A program made the translations under genes and the position numbers. Below, one piece after another: positions 1 through 5,233 of a stretch of DNA of 14,257 nt. The DNA comes from a bacterium. GTDB taxonomy: Bacteria; Margulisbacteria; WOR-1; O2-12-FULL-45-9; XYB2-FULL-48-7. The DNA lies in the NCBI GenBank assembly GCA_043812655.1, contig JBDRLW010000040.1:1-14257 (forward strand). The letters are read 5' to 3'. The number at the start of each line of letters is the position of its first letter. Position 1 is the first letter of the stretch. Under the pieces are notes generated by a model that searched no databases, was not told the origin of the DNA, and worked only from the letters and a program-made list of their open reading frames with translations.

Positions 1-354
1 CGGCTCGAGGATTTTCAGATCGCGGCCAAGATCCTTAAAGGGAAAAAAGTTAAAGCTGGGACCAGACTGATTGTCGCGCCTGCCTCAAAAGATATTATGA
101 TGGACATGATAAAAGATGGGACGTATCAAGCATTAATTGAGGCTGGCGCGGTTGCCGTTACCCCTGGCTGCGGGCCTTGTGTCGGCACCCACAACGGCGT
201 CCCGTCTGACGGGGAAAATGTTATTTCAACAGCTAACCGCAATTTTAAAGGCCGGATGGGAAATGTTAATTCTTTTATTTATCTTGGTTCGCCCGCGACC
301 GTCGCCGCATCAATGATCGAAGGTAAAATTGCTGATCCGAGGAATTATTTATGA
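1..354 (+). CDS. leuC: 3-isopropylmalate dehydratase/homoaconitase family large subunit, 3' part (5' end outside window)
   Basis: Frame open from base 1 (RLEDFQIAAKILKGKKV...). Contains PGCGPCVG (Fe-S cysteines), STANRNFKGRMG and YLGSPATVAAS motifs. The stop overlaps the leuD start (ATGA 351-354). Confidence 0.9.
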   Translation, partial: RLEDFQIAAKILKGKKVKAGTRLIVAPASKDIMMDMIKDGTYQALIEAGAVAVTPGCGPCVGTHNGVPSDGENVISTANRNFKGRMGNVNSFIYLGSPATVAASMIEGKIADPRNYL

Positions 355-854
355 ATTTAAAAGGTAAAGCCCGGCGGCTACCGCAAGATAATGATATCAA
401 TACCGATTACATAATTTCTGGTCGCTATAAATTTAAGATCCAAGACCCGAATGAACTGGCCAAACATGTGATGGAAGATCTTGATCCTAAATTTTATTCT
501 CGCCTGGAAAAAGGCGATTTCCTGATTGCCGGAAAGAATTTCGGCTGTGGATCTTCCCGTGAACAAGCTCCGATGGCGATCAAATATGCCAATATCTCCG
601 CAGTTCTCGCTAAATCTTTTGCCCGGATATTTTATCGCAACTGTTTTAATCTTGGTCTTTTGGCCATTGAGTGCGACACCGACAAATTTACTGAAGGAGA
701 TGAGCTGGAAGTCGACTTAGATGGCGGGAAGATCATAAACAAAACCAAAAATATCGAAGTTAAGATCGCTCCTCTCCCTAAAACAATGCAAACGCTCCTC
801 GCCGACGGCGGGTTAGTTGAACATTTTAAAAAACACGGTGGATTCAAAGTTTAA
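351..854 (+). CDS. leuD: 3-isopropylmalate dehydratase small subunit (short LeuD/HacB/DmdB type)
   Basis: DINTDYII, GKNFGCGSSREQA and SFARIFYRN motifs; 167 aa; translationally coupled to leuC. Confidence 0.9.
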   Translation: MNLKGKARRLPQDNDINTDYIISGRYKFKIQDPNELAKHVMEDLDPKFYSRLEKGDFLIAGKNFGCGSSREQAPMAIKYANISAVLAKSFARIFYRNCFNLGLLAIECDTDKFTEGDELEVDLDGGKIINKTKNIEVKIAPLPKTMQTLLADGGLVEHFKKHGGFKV

Positions 855-856
855 TC

Positions 857-901
857 TGCGGGGCTTTACCCCCACACCAAACATTTTGGTGCGGGGGTTT
901 A
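857..901. repeat. Palindromic element: 14-bp inverted repeat with overlapping 12-bp direct repeats
   Basis: ACCCCCACACCAAA (868-881) / CAT / TTTGGTGCGGGGGT (885-898), 13/14 paired. TGCGGGGCTTTA (857-868) and TGCGGGGGTTTA (890-901) are 11/12 identical. Confidence 0.8.
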
Positions 902-1581
902 TCGAAACCTCTTTTCTAGATTGGGATGGAAAAGTTTGTTCGGTCGTTTTTCTCCCCTACTGCAACTTTCGCTGTCCTTTTTGCAATAATAGCTTGCTGG
1001 TTGAGACTCCAGAAATCCTCCCTGAAGTTAAAATGGAAAAAATTGAAGGCTTCCTGGAACGGGGAAAAGACTTTATCGACGGTATCGTCATCACCGGCGG
1101 CGAACCAACCATGCACCCCTGGCTTCCTGAATTAATTAAGCGGTTTAGGACGCTTGGTTTTCTCATCAAACTCGACACCAACGGCACTAATCCGTCCCTA
1201 CTAACAAACTTACTGACTAACCGACTAACAGATTTTGTCGCGATGGACCTCAAGGCTCCCTTAAACGATAAGTACAACCAACTAACCAACACCAAGGTTG
1301 ACCTCGAAAAAATCAAAGAAAGCATCAAGATCATTATGAATTCCGGCCTAGATTATGAATTCAGGACTACCGTTGTTCCAACTCTCTTAGGCAAAGCAGA
1401 AATCGAGGAAATGGCCAAGTCGATCAGCAATGCGAAGAAACTTGTTTTGCAACAGTTTGTCCCGATCCATACATTAGATGAAAAAATGCGCTCTCTACCC
1501 GCCTACTCCAAAGAAAAACTCCTGGAAATGCAGGCAATCGCTAAAAAATACGTCCCTAATACTATTGTTAGAGGGGTCTAA
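886..1581 (+). CDS. Anaerobic ribonucleoside-triphosphate reductase activating protein-like radical SAM enzyme (NrdG/PflA-like)
   Basis: CNFRCPFC (CxxxCxxC), ITGGEPT, KLDTNG, AMDLK and YEFRTT motifs. Family similarity begins near RGFIETSFLDWDGK, so the start is placed at TTG 886 (GTG 889 also possible) rather than TTG 817, which overlaps leuD. Confidence 0.8.
   Translation: MVRGFIETSFLDWDGKVCSVVFLPYCNFRCPFCNNSLLVETPEILPEVKMEKIEGFLERGKDFIDGIVITGGEPTMHPWLPELIKRFRTLGFLIKLDTNGTNPSLLTNLLTNRLTDFVAMDLKAPLNDKYNQLTNTKVDLEKIKESIKIIMNSGLDYEFRTTVVPTLLGKAEIEEMAKSISNAKKLVLQQFVPIHTLDEKMRSLPAYSKEKLLEMQAIAKKYVPNTIVRGV
1198..1229 (+). repeat. Degenerate (NNAC)x8, 8-bp-period tandem array inside the NrdG-like CDS
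   Basis: CTACTAAC AAACTTAC TGACTAAC CGACTAAC, encoding LLTNLLTNRLT. Confidence 0.65.
1275..1290 (+). repeat. (YAAC)x4 tandem array inside the NrdG-like CDS
   Basis: CAAC CAAC TAAC CAAC; same motif family as 1198-1229. Confidence 0.45.
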
Positions 1582-1593
1582 TTTTAGTATAAT
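1565..1593 (+). promoter_or_regulatory. Sigma70-type promoter for a probably leaderless zinc metallopeptidase transcript
   Basis: TTGTTA (1565-1570), 17-nt spacer, TATAAT (1588-1593), 6 nt, ATG 1600; no Shine-Dalgarno. Confidence 0.7.
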
Positions 1594-1599
1594 ATAGTC

Positions 1600-2277
1600 A
1601 TGTTCTTCGATTCGACGTTTTTATTGCTTATCCCTGCCATGATCTTGGCGCTTTATGCCCAGTTCAAGGTCAAAAGCACCTACGAAAAATATTCAAAGGT
1701 GGCTAGCTCCCGCAATTATACCGGCGCCCAGGTCGCCCGTTTTGTGCTTGATCGCAATAACATGCAAAACGTGGCGGTTAAACCGGTTGCCGGAGAATTG
1801 ACCGACCATTATGACCCGCGCGATAAAACCTTGCACCTCTCAGAAAATGTTTACGGCAGTAATTCCGTTGCCGCCATCGGCGTCGCCGCCCATGAGGCCG
1901 GTCATGCGATCCAAGATTCCAAGTCCTACGCGCCATTAAAGCTCCGCAATGGGCTTGTCCCTGTAACAAACCTAGGAACGACGCTGGCTTTCCCGCTATT
2001 CCTGATAGGGATGTTTGCCAGCATCCCAATGTTTATGGACCTGGGGATCATTCTTTTTTCCCTGGCAGTTGTTTTCTCGGTCATCACCCTGCCGGTTGAG
2101 TTTAATGCCAGCAACAGGGCGATCAAGGTCTTATCTGACGGTAATTATTTAACCACTCAAGAACTTCCGATGGCCAGAGAAGTATTAAATGCTGCCGCCC
2201 TAACCTATATTGCCGCCACCACCATGGCTGTTATGAACCTTGTACGGCTTCTTATCCTGCGTAACTCAAGAGATTAG
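1600..2277 (+). CDS. Putative neutral zinc metallopeptidase, membrane-bound (YugP-like)
   Basis: LTDHYDP, AAHEAGHAIQ (HExxH), TLPVEFNAS and AAALTY motifs; hydrophobic segments; 225 aa. Confidence 0.9.
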   Translation: MFFDSTFLLLIPAMILALYAQFKVKSTYEKYSKVASSRNYTGAQVARFVLDRNNMQNVAVKPVAGELTDHYDPRDKTLHLSENVYGSNSVAAIGVAAHEAGHAIQDSKSYAPLKLRNGLVPVTNLGTTLAFPLFLIGMFASIPMFMDLGIILFSLAVVFSVITLPVEFNASNRAIKVLSDGNYLTTQELPMAREVLNAAALTYIAATTMAVMNLVRLLILRNSRD

Positions 2278-3278
2278 TGAGTTCATACATAATCCTTGGC
2301 CCCACCGCGGTCGGAAAAACAAAGCTCGCTATTGATCTAGCCAAAGAGATCGGCGGCGAAATTATTTCCGCTGATTCGATGCAGGTCTATCGCGGCATGG
2401 ATATTGGCACCGCTAAGCCAACGCTCGAAGAACGCCAAGGGATCCCCCATCACCTAATCGACATCAAAAAACCTGACGAAGAATGGACGGTCTCTGACTT
2501 CGTCAGAGAAACTCAAACTGCAAAACCCAAAATTCAAAATAATGGGAAAATTCCAATTATTGTCGGAGGAACTGGACTCTATTTGTGGTCGCTGCTGGAA
2601 GGTTTTGCTTTCCCGATCACTCCTGCCGATAAAGATATCCGAGCCAGATTAGAAAAAGAACCGACCTCAACGCTCTACGCTCAACTTTCTACGATCGATC
2701 CCCTTGCCGCCACTAAGATCCACGCTAACGATAAAAAAAGGATCATTCGGGCGCTTGAAGTCTATGAATTGACGGGTAAAAAGATCAGTGAGTTGCAGAA
2801 AAAACGAATGGAACCTGAGACTAAAAGTCCCTGCCTGCCGGCAGGCAAGGTCGGTTCCATTGGGGCTGAGGAACCGCGACGTTCAGTCGCAGGTTCCGAA
2901 CAAATTCTCATCGGCCTAGACCTACCCAAGCCCGAGCTCTACGAAAAAATCAACCAACGTGTCGATACTATGATCGAAAAAGGGTTGATCGAGGAAGTTA
3001 AAGGTTTGTTGGCTAAGGGTTACGCGAAAACTCTCCCCTCTTTCCAAGCTTTAGGTTACAAGGAAGTCGTTGAGTATCTTGATGGTAAGTGGACGAAAGA
3101 AGAAATGATAGAAGAATTAAAAAAGCGAACTCGTAACTTTGCCAGGAGACAAATGACCTGGTTTCGGCGCTTTTCCGCCAAAGGCGGATCCGCCTCCGGC
3201 GGAAAAGACGTAAATTGGCTTCCCGCCGGAAACCATGATATAATTAATTTATGCCTAGACAAAAGCAAAAAGAAATAA
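2277..3278 (+). CDS. miaA: tRNA (adenosine(37)-N6)-dimethylallyltransferase carrying in-frame repeat insertions
   Basis: GPTAVGKT P-loop, ISADSMQVYRGMDIGTAKP, VGGTGLY, RIIRALEV, QALGYKE and RRQMTWFR motifs. The GTG start overlaps the upstream TAG. Confidence 0.95.
   Translation: MSSYIILGPTAVGKTKLAIDLAKEIGGEIISADSMQVYRGMDIGTAKPTLEERQGIPHHLIDIKKPDEEWTVSDFVRETQTAKPKIQNNGKIPIIVGGTGLYLWSLLEGFAFPITPADKDIRARLEKEPTSTLYAQLSTIDPLAATKIHANDKKRIIRALEVYELTGKKISELQKKRMEPETKSPCLPAGKVGSIGAEEPRRSVAGSEQILIGLDLPKPELYEKINQRVDTMIEKGLIEEVKGLLAKGYAKTLPSFQALGYKEVVEYLDGKWTKEEMIEELKKRTRNFARRQMTWFRRFSAKGGSASGGKDVNWLPAGNHDIINLCLDKSKKK
2491..2509. repeat. 8-bp-stem hairpin in miaA, possible variant of the 15-bp TCCGCC-NNN-GGCGGA unit
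   Basis: TCTCTGAC-TTC-GTCAGAGA, a perfect inverted repeat. Confidence 0.55.
2511..2538 (+). repeat. Heptamer tandem array (NNNCAAA)x4 in miaA
   Basis: ACTCAAA CTGCAAA ACCCAAA ATTCAAA. Confidence 0.6.
2666..2693 (+). repeat. Heptamer tandem array (YTCWACK)x4 in miaA
   Basis: CTCAACG CTCTACG CTCAACT TTCTACG. Confidence 0.65.
2807..2897. repeat. Inverted doublet of 28-bp REP-like hairpins inserted in frame in miaA
   Basis: Unit 1 (2810-2858 minus the nested insert) is GGAACC-T-GAGAC-TAAAA-GTCTC-GGTTCC. The reverse complement of unit 2 (2870-2897) is GGAACC-T-GCGAC-TGAAC-GTCGC-GGTTCC. They are 24/28 identical. Confidence 0.85.
2830..2850. repeat. 21-bp GC-rich palindromic element nested in REP-like unit 1
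   Basis: CCTGCCTGCCGGCAGGCAAGG; the core TGCCTGCCGGCAGGCA (2832-2847) is a perfect 16-bp palindrome. Confidence 0.85.
3174..3203. repeat. 30-bp double-hairpin element inserted in frame in miaA (SAKGGSASGG)
   Basis: TCCGCC-AAA-GGCGGA + TCCGCC-TCC-GGCGGA, flanked by TTT and AAA. Confidence 0.88.
3215..3244 (+). promoter_or_regulatory. Extended -10 promoter inside the miaA 3' end
   Basis: TTGGCT (3215-3220), 18-nt spacer, TGA-TATAAT (3236-3244), 6 nt, ATG 3251. Confidence 0.7.
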
Positions 3279-3352
3279 AACAGCGCCGCAAACGGAAAAA
3301 AGAAGTGGCGCGTAAAAAAGGCCTGCTTAAAAAGTCAGCCCCCGCGGCTTAA
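3251..3352 (+). CDS. Unannotated 33-aa Lys/Arg-rich small protein
   Basis: Translated by hand: MPRQKQKEIKQRRKRKKEVARKKGLLKKSAPAA* (15/33 K+R). It lies immediately after a consensus extended -10 box and spans the miaA-methyltransferase gap. Confidence 0.65.
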   Translation: MPRQKQKEIKQRRKRKKEVARKKGLLKKSAPAA

Positions 3353-4534
3353 CCTCGCGACCGACTCAATATGCTCCGTCTGGGGAAACATATCAACCGG
3401 CTGGACAACTTCGGTTTTGTAACCCGCACCCGCTAAAATCCTTAAATCTCTCGCCATGGTCTCTGGATTGCAAGAAACATAAATGATCTGCCTTGGCGCC
3501 GCCCGTCCTACTAGTTCTAAAACCTTTTCCGAACAGCCGCCACGAGGGGGGTCAAGAACAACCACTTCAGCTTTTTTGGGAAAAGATTTTTCGGCTAAAC
3601 CTTCAACCATTCGCACATTATTAATTTTATTCAGATCAATATTTTGTTGTGCATTATGTACCGCTTCTTTCCGCTCTTCGATCCCAACCACGATCCCCGC
3701 TTTTCCAGACAGCCAAAACGCGATCGAACCGATCCCGGCATAAGCATCAACCACGATCTCTGTTCCACTTAGATCAGCAAATTTGGCAATAACATCGTAA
3801 AGTTTTACCGCTTGGATCGGGTTAACCTGAAAAAAGGAGAGGATCCCAACTTTAAACGTGTATTTACCAAGCCTTTCCCGCATATAAGGAGTGCCAAAAA
3901 GGGTAGTATTGTCTTTTCCCATGATCACATTGCCTCTGGCTTTATTGACGTTTTGAACGATACCGACAATGCGGCGTTTTTTCTCGTAAGACGGATAATC
4001 GTCATGGCGGGAAACTAACCGGTGCATCAGGCGCTCTTGCTTTTTGATCTCATTGGCAATGGTAAAGCCGGCCGGGATCCCTTTGCCATTGATAACCAAA
4101 CCCAATAAGAGTTCGTTGGTTTTAACCCCTGCCCGTCCAATAAAATGGCGCATCAATCCCTGACCGGTCTTTTCGTCATAAGCGGTTAAACCTCTCTCTT
4201 CCATGATCTTGCGGGCGACCTGGGCAATTTCAGTGATGAAAGGGTCCTGGATATAACATTCTTTAATATTAACCACTTCATGCGACCGTCTTTTAAAGTA
4301 GCCCATGATCAAGTGGTTGTTTTCTGACCGGATCGGGAATTGGACCTTATTCCGGTAAAACCACGGGTCGTCCATGCCAATGGTTGGCCGGACCTCTACC
4401 CCTGCTAATCCTTGCTTATCCATTTCTTCCCTGACCATCCCTTGCTTCATGATCAGTTGTTCCTCATACTCCAGATGCTGCAGCTGACAGCCGCCGCAGA
4501 CGCCATAATAGGGGCAACGTGGTTTGATTGGCAT
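3335..4534 (-). CDS. RNA (uracil-5-)-methyltransferase, RlmD/RlmC/TrmA family, lacking the N-terminal TRAM domain
   Basis: CPYYGVCGGCQLQH Fe-S motif, YRNK, SFFQVN, DAYAGIG, LDPPRGG, YVSCNP and DMFPQTEHIE motifs. ATG 4534 is preferred over 4552 because a -10 box lies between them. Confidence 0.88.
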   Translation of the reverse strand: MPIKPRCPYYGVCGGCQLQHLEYEEQLIMKQGMVREEMDKQGLAGVEVRPTIGMDDPWFYRNKVQFPIRSENNHLIMGYFKRRSHEVVNIKECYIQDPFITEIAQVARKIMEERGLTAYDEKTGQGLMRHFIGRAGVKTNELLLGLVINGKGIPAGFTIANEIKKQERLMHRLVSRHDDYPSYEKKRRIVGIVQNVNKARGNVIMGKDNTTLFGTPYMRERLGKYTFKVGILSFFQVNPIQAVKLYDVIAKFADLSGTEIVVDAYAGIGSIAFWLSGKAGIVVGIEERKEAVHNAQQNIDLNKINNVRMVEGLAEKSFPKKAEVVVLDPPRGGCSEKVLELVGRAAPRQIIYVSCNPETMARDLRILAGAGYKTEVVQPVDMFPQTEHIESVARLSRGG

Positions 4535-4552
4535 ACCCTTACATGATAACAT
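4524..4552. promoter_or_regulatory. Overlapping divergent (bidirectional) extended -10 promoters
   Basis: + strand: TTGATT (4524-4529), 17 nt, TAACAT (4547-4552) preceded by TGA, 6 nt, ATG 4559. - strand: TGT-TATCAT (4551-4543), 8 nt, ATG 4534. Confidence 0.6.
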
Positions 4553-4558
4553 ACTTAT

Positions 4559-5233
4559 ATGGACTTAGGCTCACGCGTAGAATTCCACTGCCACTCGATC
4601 TTTAGCGATGGGGAACTCCTCCCTGCCGCGCTGATCCGTGAAGCGGAAATGAAGGGGCATTCTTGTTTGGCTATTACCGACCACATTGATGCCTCAAATA
4701 TTGAATCGGTCATTAAAGCCTTAACTCTCTTTGCCAAAAAGATGAAAGGGAAGCTACCGATCAAATTTATCCCCGGCGTTGAGGTCAGTTATCTGCAACC
4801 GCAACACATTGCCGAGTATTGCAAAAAAGCCAGGGCTCTTGGGGCAAAGATCATTGTTGTCCATGGCCAATCGCCGGTTGAGCCGGTCTACCCGGGAACA
4901 AATTTTGCGGCAGTCAAGGCAAAAGGCTATGTCGATATTCTAGCCCACCCAGGCAAGATCACTGATGAAGAAGCAGCTTTAGCGGCCAAGAACGGGGTCT
5001 TTCTAGAACTCACCGCCAGGCAGGGCCATAAAAAAGGAAATCAACACATCGCCAAAATGGCCCTTAAACATGGGGCAAAATTAATTGTTGACACCGATTG
5101 CCACCATCAAACCGATCTAATTACCCAAGAGCAGGCTTTTGCCCTCTGCAAAGAGGCTGGGTTGTCTGATAAAGAAGCGATCAAAGCGATCAAGGATAAT
5201 CCGCAAGAACTGCTTAAGAGAATCGGACGTTGA
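4559..5233 (+). CDS. PHP-domain phosphoesterase (histidinol-phosphate phosphatase domain-containing protein)
   Basis: FHCHSIFSDG, AITDH, PGVE, ILAHPG and DTDCH metal-binding motifs; 224 aa. Confidence 0.85.
   Translation: MDLGSRVEFHCHSIFSDGELLPAALIREAEMKGHSCLAITDHIDASNIESVIKALTLFAKKMKGKLPIKFIPGVEVSYLQPQHIAEYCKKARALGAKIIVVHGQSPVEPVYPGTNFAAVKAKGYVDILAHPGKITDEEAALAAKNGVFLELTARQGHKKGNQHIAKMALKHGAKLIVDTDCHHQTDLITQEQAFALCKEAGLSDKEAIKAIKDNPQELLKRIGR

Noticed and set aside
798..812. CTCGCC-GAC-GGCGGG hairpin resembling the 15-bp unit
   Set aside because: It is imperfect and encodes the conserved LeuD LxxGG motif, so it is likely chance.
817..885. ORF-track N-terminal extension of the radical SAM gene (TTG 817)
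   Set aside because: It overlaps leuD by 38 nt and shows no family similarity. It cannot be fully excluded, but a start at 886 or 889 fits better.
2807..3206. Possible CRISPR array, intron or intein interpretation of the miaA inserts
   Set aside because: There is no regular repeat-spacer periodicity and no cas gene. The inserts are far too short for self-splicing introns or inteins and lack their terminal motifs.
5175..5192. AAGCGATCA x2 direct repeat in the PHP gene
   Set aside because: Only two 9-bp units, explained by the AIKAIK peptide and codon usage.
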